The notes below the pieces were generated by a model. It ran no database searches. It worked only from the letters and a program-made list of their open reading frames with translations, and had not been told where the DNA came from. 64,000 nucleotides of DNA, taken from the NCBI GenBank assembly GCA_943358095.1, contig CALRGT010000003.1, forward strand, positions 6,169 through 70,168, read 5' to 3'. How positions within the stretch are numbered: the stretch's first letter is position 1; each line of letters opens with the position of its first letter. Position numbers and translations under genes: made by a program. Below are positions 54,540-62,587 of this stretch, piece by piece. Origin of the DNA: an uncultured Candidatus Saccharimonas sp. GTDB taxonomy: Bacteria; Patescibacteriota; Saccharimonadia; Saccharimonadales; AQU-01.

Positions 54540-54690
54540 GATACATTTGTCATTGATACATTGATGCATTAATTTTGCATTTGGGCATTTAACATTGCAC
54601 ATTTATTTGGGCATTTGGCCTCCGTAGCTTCAATGACAAATGTGAAATGATAAATTAATGAGTCAATGACAAATGCATCAATGGTCAATT
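54540..54690. repeat. cluster of short direct and inverted repeats in convergent intergenic region
   Basis: CATTTGTCATTGA (54544-54556) is complementary to TCAATGACAAATG at 54630-54642 and 54663-54675. ATTTGGGCATTT is repeated at 54579-54590 and 54605-54616. Confidence 0.7.
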
Positions 54691-54702
54691 GTCTTCACGC
54701 CC

Positions 54703-55338
54703 TTATTCATTATCCAATGACTTCCAAATATACCAGCAGGCAACTGACTCGTAAGGATGCCAATTATTGATATCAGAAATTCTTAATATGTCGCTTGCAG
54801 TTGGTTTGCCGGGTAAATTGTACAGTGTCTTAACACCGTTTTTGACTCCAAGGTCTCCAGTTGGAAGTACATCAAGTCTACCAATCGAAAATATCAAAAA
54901 CATATGTGCAGTCCATTCGCCAATGCCTTTGACGGCAATTAATTCTTCAATAACCGATTCGTTGGGTAAGTTAATTAGATGATAAAGCTTTAGTCTGCCG
55001 TCAATTATATGCTCGGCGAGATCGCGTATATAATTAATTTTAGATGTACTTAGTCCAGCGCTTCGAATGTCTTCTGGTGACTTTTTTAGTATGTCTTCAG
55101 GCGTTGGAAAAACGTTGCTATCGCCAAAAAGATTTACGAATCTTGTTTGAATGGTGTAAGCCGCCTTTACGCTAAGTTGTTGTGAAATAATACTATTAAC
55201 AAGTTCTTTGTAATAATTTTGATGTGGCTTAATATCGAATGGGCCGAATCGTTTTATAAGAAACGCTAGTACTGGATCGTTTTTTGACAGATGAGACATT
55301 GCCGCGCGAGTACTTTTAGAGATAATGGGCATAGTCAA
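54703..55338 (-). CDS. HhH-GPD family DNA glycosylase (AlkA / 3-methyladenine glycosylase II-like)
   Basis: HhH motif LIAVKGIGEWTAHMFLIF followed by DVLPTGDLGV with the catalytic Asp. Confidence 0.85.
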   Translation of the reverse strand: MTMPIISKSTRAAMSHLSKNDPVLAFLIKRFGPFDIKPHQNYYKELVNSIISQQLSVKAAYTIQTRFVNLFGDSNVFPTPEDILKKSPEDIRSAGLSTSKINYIRDLAEHIIDGRLKLYHLINLPNESVIEELIAVKGIGEWTAHMFLIFSIGRLDVLPTGDLGVKNGVKTLYNLPGKPTASDILRISDINNWHPYESVACWYIWKSLDNE

Positions 55339-55436
55339 ATTGTATACCTAAACTGCAAATAAGTATCGTAGTGGCTTATTTGTACTAATATAATTAACTT
55401 GCAAACATCGCAGTAATCATTTAAAACTATTCTATT

Positions 55437-56021
55437 ATGATCGAACTTCGACCGAAAAGATTTATGATGGACAAAGACAAAGATGTTGCAGAACGACTAC
55501 GCGACGGCGACAATGACGATTTTTTTGCAAATATCAGACATGGCAACCAAGATATGCCGTGGGGCGGAACTATCGAAAAGGCTGGCGAATTATTTGTTGC
55601 AAAAGGCAATAGTCCTAGACTACCTAGAATCCGAGATGCTTTTAGTGCGGGGGTATCGGTAGCGGTTGAAAGTTTTTTTGAATCTGAAGTTCCTGTATCG
55701 TTAAGGCCAGCAGTACTTGATGTTTTTAGCGAGACTCCATTGCCACGCAAATTACGAAATGGTTCTTCTAGTGCGATATTGGATAATTTTATCGAACTTG
55801 CATATATCGGCTACAATCTTCATCCAGAACTAAATGAAGTCGCCATAAGAACCCGAGATTATTACATTCAAATAGACGAAGAAGCGAAATTGGGTCACCC
55901 CGCATTCTTGGGTATTGGTTTAGGTGCATATTTAATAGATGATGCTTACGAGAGCGCACTTGATAATAAGGTGAACGCTGTGATGAAGGCCGAAAATTGG
56001 CCAATTGACTTGATAGGCTAA
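55437..56021 (+). CDS. hypothetical protein, paralog 1 of a three-gene tandem family
   Basis: Shares VAVESFFESEVPV, GYNLHPE and AYLIDDAYE blocks with the next ORF. Confidence 0.6.
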   Translation: MIELRPKRFMMDKDKDVAERLRDGDNDDFFANIRHGNQDMPWGGTIEKAGELFVAKGNSPRLPRIRDAFSAGVSVAVESFFESEVPVSLRPAVLDVFSETPLPRKLRNGSSSAILDNFIELAYIGYNLHPELNEVAIRTRDYYIQIDEEAKLGHPAFLGIGLGAYLIDDAYESALDNKVNAVMKAENWPIDLIG

Positions 56022-56090
56022 ACGTCGCGACGATCTAAAAACAAAAATAGTGTTGCTTATTAGTTGGTTTGAGCTTAAAAATAGGTATAA

Positions 56091-56708
56091 ATGGAATCAC
56101 ATCTACCAGAAAAATTTAAGTTAGATAGTAACGGCAGAGTGTTGGATTATCTTAGGCATAAAGACCACAATAGCGGCCTAGATATGATGAGACAGCGCTA
56201 CGCAGGGTTGCCATTAATGGCTCCGGCGGTTGCTGCTAGTCGTAATTACGCACCGGTTAATGAAAGAATAAGTTCGGCATTTTTAAGACATGGTTTTGTT
56301 ACTGGAGCTTCTGTAGCGATTGAGTCTTTTTATCAATCCGATGTTCCGGTAGATATAAAAATTTCTCTAGCGGAAGAACTTATAAAAAGTAAGGTAGCTA
56401 ACGATTCCAAAAGTAGGCGGTCTAATGATGTGCTGCGAAATTTTTATGACTTAGCATCAAAAGGAATAAACTTACACCCAGAAGCCGTAGAATTAGTCGA
56501 TTTAACCGAGAGGCACTTTGAGGATCGCGGTCCCGTGGAAGAAATGGGCACTGCCGCTTTCTGTGGAGCCGGTATGACTATTTTGTGGGTCGATGAGGCC
56601 TACGACAGGGTTATTGATGGTCAATTTGATGCAATAAAGCCTGAGATTGATTGGGATTCTAAGTCCTGGGGTCCTGGTTGGAATACTCCATATCCTCCAA
56701 AAGCCTAA
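56091..56708 (+). CDS. hypothetical protein, paralog 2 of a three-gene tandem family
   Basis: VAIESFYQSDVPV, GINLHPE, ILWVDEAYD, C-terminal IDWD. Confidence 0.6.
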   Translation: MESHLPEKFKLDSNGRVLDYLRHKDHNSGLDMMRQRYAGLPLMAPAVAASRNYAPVNERISSAFLRHGFVTGASVAIESFYQSDVPVDIKISLAEELIKSKVANDSKSRRSNDVLRNFYDLASKGINLHPEAVELVDLTERHFEDRGPVEEMGTAAFCGAGMTILWVDEAYDRVIDGQFDAIKPEIDWDSKSWGPGWNTPYPPKA

Positions 56709-56774
56709 AAGCATATCTATATAATATTAAGTTAAAGCTTGCAAATTATCTGTTTTTCGCTTAAGGTATATGAT

Positions 56775-57407
56775 ATGTACGAATATAACGCACCTATATT
56801 GCGGCTAGATAGCACTGAAGAAATAGCAGCACGAATTCAAGAAGATGTTTTATTGGCGACGTGGGATTTCCATAATACCTATATTCCAAGAAGCCAAGGT
56901 AAGCATATTGTTGAAGTTGCAAATTCTCTGTTTATAGACCGACGCTCAGATTTAGACTTATATCGTGGCCAAGCTTTCTGTACGGGGGCTGCGGTAATGT
57001 TGGCGGCATTAGACTCGACAGTTATTGATCCTGAAATACATATCGAAACAATGAATCAGTTTACCTCACAACCTATGCCATACAGAAAAGATACTAGGCA
57101 TCAAAAGAAGATTGATTTAGTCGATAAGATGGCTGGGCTGGGGCACGTTCTTCACCCTGAAATGACGGTAGCAACAGAAGCAGTAGCTCAAGATTTTCTA
57201 AACAAAACTATGGAAATGTCAGTTGAAGATGCTGTGCGAAGCGGTACTGGCTACACTCTTTGGAGAGCTCATCGTTCATGGCAAGAGGCTCGTAGAATTA
57301 TTGCGGCAAAAAATGGCACTACACACGAAAACGAGGAAGCTCAGTTAAGTTCAGAAGTTGCCAGGTTAACCGTAGATCTCGATTGGGATGATTTGTTAAA
57401 AGGCTAA
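56775..57407 (+). CDS. hypothetical protein, divergent paralog 3 of the tandem family
   Basis: In-frame ATG with SD AAGG. GHVLHPE block, GTGYTLWRAH and C-terminal LDWDD align with paralogs 1-2. Confidence 0.55.
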   Translation: MYEYNAPILRLDSTEEIAARIQEDVLLATWDFHNTYIPRSQGKHIVEVANSLFIDRRSDLDLYRGQAFCTGAAVMLAALDSTVIDPEIHIETMNQFTSQPMPYRKDTRHQKKIDLVDKMAGLGHVLHPEMTVATEAVAQDFLNKTMEMSVEDAVRSGTGYTLWRAHRSWQEARRIIAAKNGTTHENEEAQLSSEVARLTVDLDWDDLLKG

Positions 57408-57459
57408 AATGCCCCCTAGTGCGGTTTGTTAAATAGTCGTCGTATTGTATATTTAGGTT

Positions 57460-57882
57460 ATTACAAAACACATTGCCCAAGCCGTCGTATACAGAAGAAA
57501 TCTAAATGGATTAGAGTTTCTTGTTATGAAGCGTGTTCCTAAAGATGGTGGATTTTGGCAGGCAATAACAGGTACCGTTGAGCCCGGTGAAGAAATATTA
57601 GACACGGTTAAACGAGAACTTGTCGAAGAGGCGGGTATTAGCGAACCAATGTATATAAGCGCCAAGCTAGCTGAATACGAATGGTTTAACAGCAAGGGCG
57701 GTTACGGTGGTCGCGACACAATATTTGCAGTAGAGGTCAGCCCGATCGCAGAGGTTGTGATTAGTATAGATGAACATAGCGAGTATAAGTGGCTGCAGAT
57801 AGAAGACGCCTTAGCTCTACTTAAATTTGATGGTAATAAAAAATCAATGCAGCTAGTTTTGGAGCACGCAAATAGTCGTTAA
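57460..57882 (+). CDS. NUDIX hydrolase (NudB-like context), start codon uncertain
   Basis: Nudix box GTVEPGEEILDTVKRELVEEAGI. The ORF-track ATG (57526) leaves only 15 aa before the box. The frame is open back to a TAG at 57454-57456, with ATT at 57460. Confidence 0.75.
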   Translation: MTKHIAQAVVYRRNLNGLEFLVMKRVPKDGGFWQAITGTVEPGEEILDTVKRELVEEAGISEPMYISAKLAEYEWFNSKGGYGGRDTIFAVEVSPIAEVVISIDEHSEYKWLQIEDALALLKFDGNKKSMQLVLEHANSR

Positions 57883-57883
57883 G

Positions 57884-58231
57884 CTAGGATTCTTTATCAA
57901 ATCTTATATAGTCCAGCTCTCTTGGAGTTAGTCCACCCCAGATTCCATCTTGTTGAACTGTGTCGATTGCGTAATTTTTGCAATCTATTCGTACATCACA
58001 TTGGTTGCAAATATATTTGGCGGCTCTTTCTCGGGTAATTCTTTGAGAGTTAGTCTCTACTTTTATTATTAACGGTTTGGAAGTTTGTGGCGTTTCATTT
58101 TCTGGAATGGAAAGTTCTGTGTAGGCGACTTTTGAATAAAATAATTCTGTTTGTCCCTTACAACTGGCGTACTTAACCCAAGACCTACCAGGCCCTTCGC
58201 GGTAATAATCAAGTATCGAGTCCTCTCTCAT
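57884..58231 (-). CDS. WhiB-like (Wbl) iron-sulfur transcription factor
   Basis: Cys pattern C-x(n)-CNQC-x5-C followed by GIWGGLTPRE. Start taken at MRED (a GTG at 58255 is also possible). Confidence 0.75.
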   Translation of the reverse strand: MREDSILDYYREGPGRSWVKYASCKGQTELFYSKVAYTELSIPENETPQTSKPLIIKVETNSQRITRERAAKYICNQCDVRIDCKNYAIDTVQQDGIWGGLTPRELDYIRFDKES

Positions 58232-58279
58232 CCAATAGATGGTATCACTAATCACCAGATTCTAGTATGGATAGATTTG

Positions 58280-58579
58280 CTATCTAATTCTTATTCGACC
58301 TTTGACTGGTGAGGGGAAGCCCCTGCGTAGTCGTTCGAGTTCATTAAGTCCAGCCCAGATGCCGTATTCTTCGTTCTTTGATGACTGTTCTAGGCATTGC
58401 TCTATTACAGGACAGCTGGCGCACATATTCCTTGCGATAGTCTCGCGGCGTTCTCTCGCTTTTGAGCTTTCGTTGTAAGGTGAATAAAACTTATCAGTCA
58501 TACCACGACAAGCTGCCTGGCCTATCCAGCCTTGCACAGCATCAGGATTATTTAGTTTTTCTTCAATTTTCTCTCTCAT
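58280..58579 (-). CDS. WhiB-like (Wbl) iron-sulfur transcription factor
   Basis: AACRG...CASCPVIEQC...GIWAGLNELER. Start at MREK (58579) is supported by a TTGCAC-17-TATAAT promoter 9 nt upstream. Confidence 0.8.
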   Translation of the reverse strand: MREKIEEKLNNPDAVQGWIGQAACRGMTDKFYSPYNESSKARERRETIARNMCASCPVIEQCLEQSSKNEEYGIWAGLNELERLRRGFPSPVKGRIRIR

Positions 58580-58588
58580 CGGATAATA

Positions 58589-58624
58589 ATTATAAAACAA
58601 TAAAGTAATTCGTGCAATATTGCA
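58589..58624 (-). promoter_or_regulatory. near-consensus promoter with overlapping 12-bp palindrome upstream of the WhiB-like pair
   Basis: Minus strand has TTGCAC, a 17-nt spacer, then TATAAT. The perfect palindrome TGCAATATTGCA (58613-58624) overlaps the -35 box. The ATG lies 9 nt after the -10 box. Confidence 0.6.
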
Positions 58625-58687
58625 TGGCACGGCCCATAAACAACAGAGGGCTACTAATTTACAAGTAAACATGGTATAATAGTATTA

Positions 58688-59173
58688 ATGAATGATTTTT
58701 CTAAATTCGAACGTGATTTGGCTTTTGATGCCGATAGTTATGCTGAGTCATACGACATGCAACGGCAGGCTACGCGTGAGCACCTCTCTAGTCTTATGGT
58801 GCAGGGTTATTTAAGTACTAATGTTATTCCTAGCGGATCTTTAGTGGAGGTAGAGCTAGCATCTAGAAGCGTAGCTTATGATCCAGATGAGAAATTGCGG
58901 AGAATAATTGGAACTATGGCTGGTGACGGTAGCTTGAAAGTGATCGGTGATAGTTCTGATGGTAGACAGCTCATAGGGCAGAGAATAGTCATGGGGAACT
59001 GGAAGATAGCAGACGAGGCAAATAACGATATAGTTTATACTCCAGGTACTGTTAATCCTGATGCAAACCTAGGCTATCATAATTATTGGGACGGCGAAGT
59101 TAGCGCGACAGATCTAGGTAGTCCGCCTGCTTCATTTACGGTTGATGGCATCCCTTTTATCTTTGAAAAGTAG
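58688..59173 (+). CDS. hypothetical protein
   Basis: 161-aa ORF divergent from the WhiB-like genes. No family recognised. Confidence 0.5.
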   Translation: MNDFSKFERDLAFDADSYAESYDMQRQATREHLSSLMVQGYLSTNVIPSGSLVEVELASRSVAYDPDEKLRRIIGTMAGDGSLKVIGDSSDGRQLIGQRIVMGNWKIADEANNDIVYTPGTVNPDANLGYHNYWDGEVSATDLGSPPASFTVDGIPFIFEK

Positions 59174-59243
59174 TATTCCTCTACTTCAGATTAATCTCAG
59201 GAAGTAGTATATAATTAGTAGCACCAGTAATAAGGAGTTTTTT

Positions 59244-59501
59244 ATGAGGAATTACGGTCAGTTCGAAAGAGTAGTTACTCAGCAACCTATGCACGATCCG
59301 CGTCAAGGTACGTGTTTATTGATGCTCGCAGTCTTCCTGCTAGTTGCAACGCTTGCTATGTATCTTGTTTATAGAATATTTTCAGAGTCAAAGTGGGCTT
59401 ATCGTTTCCAGGATCCGATTGATATTGCTGAAGCTAGATTCGCTAATGGCGACATAACTAAAGCGCAACTTTCAGATATTCGTAAAGAACTAGAACAGTA
59501 A
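59244..59501 (+). CDS. small membrane protein with C-terminal SHOCT-like domain
   Basis: One TM, then IAEARFANGDITKAQLSDIRKELEQ, resembling the SHOCT motif. Confidence 0.6.
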   Translation: MRNYGQFERVVTQQPMHDPRQGTCLLMLAVFLLVATLAMYLVYRIFSESKWAYRFQDPIDIAEARFANGDITKAQLSDIRKELEQ

Positions 59502-59547
59502 ACTATTGGTTTGCTCATATAAAATTATTTAATCGCTATGATTGCAA

Positions 59548-60375
59548 TTAATGCAGTTGTAGCGATTTTATAATTTCAATAGCTAGTTTGTAGGCATTAC
59601 TTTTAATAATATAATCGACTGGAACTGTATTAATTGCCATATCGTCTTTTAGTTCCTTTGATGAGTAGCCGCCCGATACAATAAAGGTTTCTGGTTCTTT
59701 GCCGTAATCTGGTCCAAGTGTATCACCAACTTTTAGTTGAAAGTTGCCAGCGACGAAAAAATAAGCAAAATTGTCGGCAGTATCGAGTCCAAAATTTGTT
59801 ACTAGTGTATCGGCTCTTTGCCCAACAGCAGGTTTTTTGTAAATTGTTTTAATGGATTCCTGAATCGCCACTCCTCGACCAATATATTTCCTGTCAGCAG
59901 CTCTAGCTCCCTTTCTGATATATATTCTAAAGTTACCGCTTACTGGATCACCATCTAAATTTTTATAATTAAATACTGGCGATTCTATCCTAGTGCCGTT
60001 GTCAGAAGTTTCTGTCGCAGTCCAGTCTGACGGATATGTTAGGGTTAGACCCATAGGTCCGTTTTCGTATTCTTTAGTTGTTGTAGTGTTAGGTAGGTCA
60101 GCAACTTCAACTTTTTGTTCCGATTTTTTCTCTATATTTGTAGTAGTTTTGGCGGCCGGATTTTTATGTGTAAAAAGCTTCACAGCGCCAATTATTAGAC
60201 CGGCGAAAATGCCCAGTGCAAGCAGTAACATAATTAGTTTTTTAGATTTTTTGGATTTTCGTGATCCGTTACGACGCACGGCCTTATTGTTTTCTTCGTC
60301 GATTTCGACGGACTGATTATACGGATCATTAATCTGCATATAGATTATTATGCTACTAAACTCGTATATATTCAA
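59548..60375 (-). CDS. hypothetical membrane-anchored extracytoplasmic protein
   Basis: Basic stretch + single TM + ~200-aa soluble domain. No family recognised. Confidence 0.55.
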   Translation of the reverse strand: MNIYEFSSIIIYMQINDPYNQSVEIDEENNKAVRRNGSRKSKKSKKLIMLLLALGIFAGLIIGAVKLFTHKNPAAKTTTNIEKKSEQKVEVADLPNTTTTKEYENGPMGLTLTYPSDWTATETSDNGTRIESPVFNYKNLDGDPVSGNFRIYIRKGARAADRKYIGRGVAIQESIKTIYKKPAVGQRADTLVTNFGLDTADNFAYFFVAGNFQLKVGDTLGPDYGKEPETFIVSGGYSSKELKDDMAINTVPVDYIIKSNAYKLAIEIIKSLQLH

Positions 60376-60406
60376 ATGCTGCCCGGCATAATGCCTGCTC
60401 TAGTAA

Positions 60407-61195
60407 CTAACGAATGAAGTAAACAACAGAAACAGAATACTGTAGTTTATTTTCGCCTGGCTGCACAACAAGGCTGTTGGTTGCATCTCTAGCCATGCTA
60501 TTGCTTACAGACGAATCTAAAGCAATAGGGTATGGTTGGTACATATTTCCAAACCCAGCGCCATCTGTCACCGACTTTACGTTAGATACTTTAAACCCAA
60601 GATTTTTTGCTGACTGATCGGCTTTGGCACGAGCTTCCTTGGTGGCTTTGTCGCGTGCCTGGCTTTCAAGCTCTTTGCGTTTTGCGTCGCTAAAACTTGC
60701 TTGAGGAGACACCTCTCCTAACGGTGAAGTTGTCGTTATGTAGTCTTGGATTTTTTGAGATAGTTCTGTTTTAGAAACTTTGATGGTGTACATGAGAGTA
60801 TAGGTTGCTTGCTTGGCGCTGTCGTCATAAAAATAATTGTAGTCGTATCCACTAGAGTTTGTTTTTATGTCTTTATCGACGACTCCTAGACCTTTTAGTT
60901 TTTCCGTTATCTCATTACTCTTTTTTGTTAAATTGGCTAGAGCTATAGTTTTGTCGGTATTCTTAAATGTATAACTAGGAGTAAAGACGTATTCGTCGGG
61001 CGTTGCAGTAACTGATGCCTCGCCAGTAACAGAAACGGTGCGGTCATTATTAGATTTTGTCGTCCATGGTTTCCAAATAAATACTATCGCAATAATTATA
61101 ATCAAAAGCACGAGACTGATTATTCGATAGTCGATGATAAGTTTTGTCTTATTTTTTTGTGGTTCTGAATGATTGGAGCTTGCCGGGTCGTTCAT
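60407..61195 (-). CDS. SIMPL (DUF541) domain protein
   Basis: Start at MNDPASS with an AAGGAG SD. TM, then RTVSVTGEASVTATPDEYVF, typical of SIMPL/26-kDa periplasmic antigen family. Confidence 0.7.
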   Translation of the reverse strand: MNDPASSNHSEPQKNKTKLIIDYRIISLVLLIIIIAIVFIWKPWTTKSNNDRTVSVTGEASVTATPDEYVFTPSYTFKNTDKTIALANLTKKSNEITEKLKGLGVVDKDIKTNSSGYDYNYFYDDSAKQATYTLMYTIKVSKTELSQKIQDYITTTSPLGEVSPQASFSDAKRKELESQARDKATKEARAKADQSAKNLGFKVSNVKSVTDGAGFGNMYQPYPIALDSSVSNSMARDATNSLVVQPGENKLQYSVSVVYFIR

Positions 61196-61385
61196 ATAAT
61201 TTAAAATCTCCTTAATTTGATTGCGATAAGCATAAGTATAATATTTATTCAATTATTTTTAAAGCTGATAAGCCTGAATCGCAGTTGAGTTTTTGGCAAA
61301 AACTCCAATCTGTATTGCAATTGAATTTTACTAACCATAGACTATGAGTAACAGTACGTAATAAATAAACAGGAAGTATTAATAT

Positions 61386-61715
61386 ATGGACGATCAAACA
61401 AACACACCAGTAGATATGAGTAGTGCAGAGCCTGCTCCAATAGTGATCGATCAATCAGCCGCTGCAGACGCGCCGTTTCCAGTTCTTCCGTCGCTAAATC
61501 AAAACGACGAAATAATGCCCAACGAAGCTGACTTGCCTCCATTGCCAAGCTTTGACGTTGCTACCCCAAGTTACTTGCCAAATGACAGCACCTCAAGCTT
61601 TCCCGCCAACGGAGGCCCTGTTGTTGGAGTAGAACACGATCCAAGTACTGATGCTATAGGCGCAGTCGAACCTGAATCAACAGGAGCGGCGACGACTATT
61701 CCGACGTCTCTGTAG
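61386..61715 (+). CDS. hypothetical Pro/Asp-rich protein
   Basis: 109-aa low-complexity ORF. Coding status uncertain. Confidence 0.35.
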   Translation: MDDQTNTPVDMSSAEPAPIVIDQSAAADAPFPVLPSLNQNDEIMPNEADLPPLPSFDVATPSYLPNDSTSSFPANGGPVVGVEHDPSTDAIGAVEPESTGAATTIPTSL

Positions 61716-61719
61716 TCGG

Positions 61720-61983
61720 GTGATGCTTAACAAGATTTTTCGAGACAAACAGGGGAAGGTAGTTATTATCCAATTCCCAAACATCCCTCTATCTGTATGG
61801 ATAGTTGGTTTGTTGTTAGCCAAGGTCTTGCCCTCGGGCGACTTTTCTAATTTCTGCAAACATATATCCACTCTTGGGTTGGTTGTTTGGGGGATAATAG
61901 AAATTCTGTATGGCGTTAATTATTTTCGTAGAATATTGGGAGCAGTCATTACTATTTCTACAATTTACGGATTAACTAGATAA
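61720..61983 (+). CDS. small membrane protein, unknown function
   Basis: 87 aa, 2-3 TM, starting 5 nt after the previous stop. Confidence 0.45.
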   Translation: MMLNKIFRDKQGKVVIIQFPNIPLSVWIVGLLLAKVLPSGDFSNFCKHISTLGLVVWGIIEILYGVNYFRRILGAVITISTIYGLTR

Positions 61984-62087
61984 AACCATAAATTAGTGAG
62001 TTAGATCATAGTCAGCACTATTAAAGTTGGGATAAAATAAAGGTGGAAGTGAGATACTTCCAACGAGTCCCGACTAGTTCGGGACTC

Positions 62088-62513
62088 TTATGTTGAAGAA
62101 GCGCAATCTTGACAGAGTCCTCTGATTTCCAGTTGATGGTCTGTCATAGTTAGGCCCTGGCTCTTAGCGAGTAAGGATATGCTAGCTTCAAGGTCGGAAT
62201 TGTCCTGCAGAGTTATGATTAGCCCGCATTTCATACAGCTAAAGTGGTGGTGATGGTGTGTGAAGGCGTCGCTTAGCTCTATCTTATATTTCCAACCTAA
62301 AGCTAGTCGCTGTGTAATGCCAAGGCTTTCGAATAGTCCTACCGTACGATAGACGCTGGCACGGTCTACAGATTTACCAAGCAAGTTTATTAACTCGTTC
62401 ATGGTTTGTGGTTTGTGACTACTAAGCACTTCAAAGACTAATTTTCGTGGGTTAGTAAGGCTTTGGCCCTTATTTTTAAGCACTTCTGATAATTTTTTGA
62501 GTTCAGGATTCAT
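62088..62513 (-). CDS. Fur family metalloregulator (Zur-like)
   Basis: Winged-helix N-domain (RASVYRTVGLFESLGI), HHHHF and CxxC...CxxC motifs. Divergent from a ZIP transporter. Confidence 0.85.
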   Translation of the reverse strand: MNPELKKLSEVLKNKGQSLTNPRKLVFEVLSSHKPQTMNELINLLGKSVDRASVYRTVGLFESLGITQRLALGWKYKIELSDAFTHHHHHFSCMKCGLIITLQDNSDLEASISLLAKSQGLTMTDHQLEIRGLCQDCASST

Positions 62514-62514
62514 A

Positions 62515-62537
62515 TCGCAACAATAGCATTATTGCGA
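62515..62537. promoter_or_regulatory. candidate Zur/Fur operator (imperfect 23-bp palindrome)
   Basis: TCGCAACAATAGCATTATTGCGA in the 74-bp divergent intergenic region. The arms TCGCAA / TTGCGA are perfect. Confidence 0.5.
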
Positions 62538-62587
62538 CATAATTGCAATAACTGGTTGTTTCCTCTAAGATATCTACTAAGCAACTA

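Noticed and set aside
54588-54616. Possible dif (Xer) site: ATTTAACAT resembles the XerD arm of the E. coli dif complement
   Set aside because: Only 9 nt match. The expected 6-nt spacer and XerC arm with ATAA/TTAT dyad symmetry are absent.
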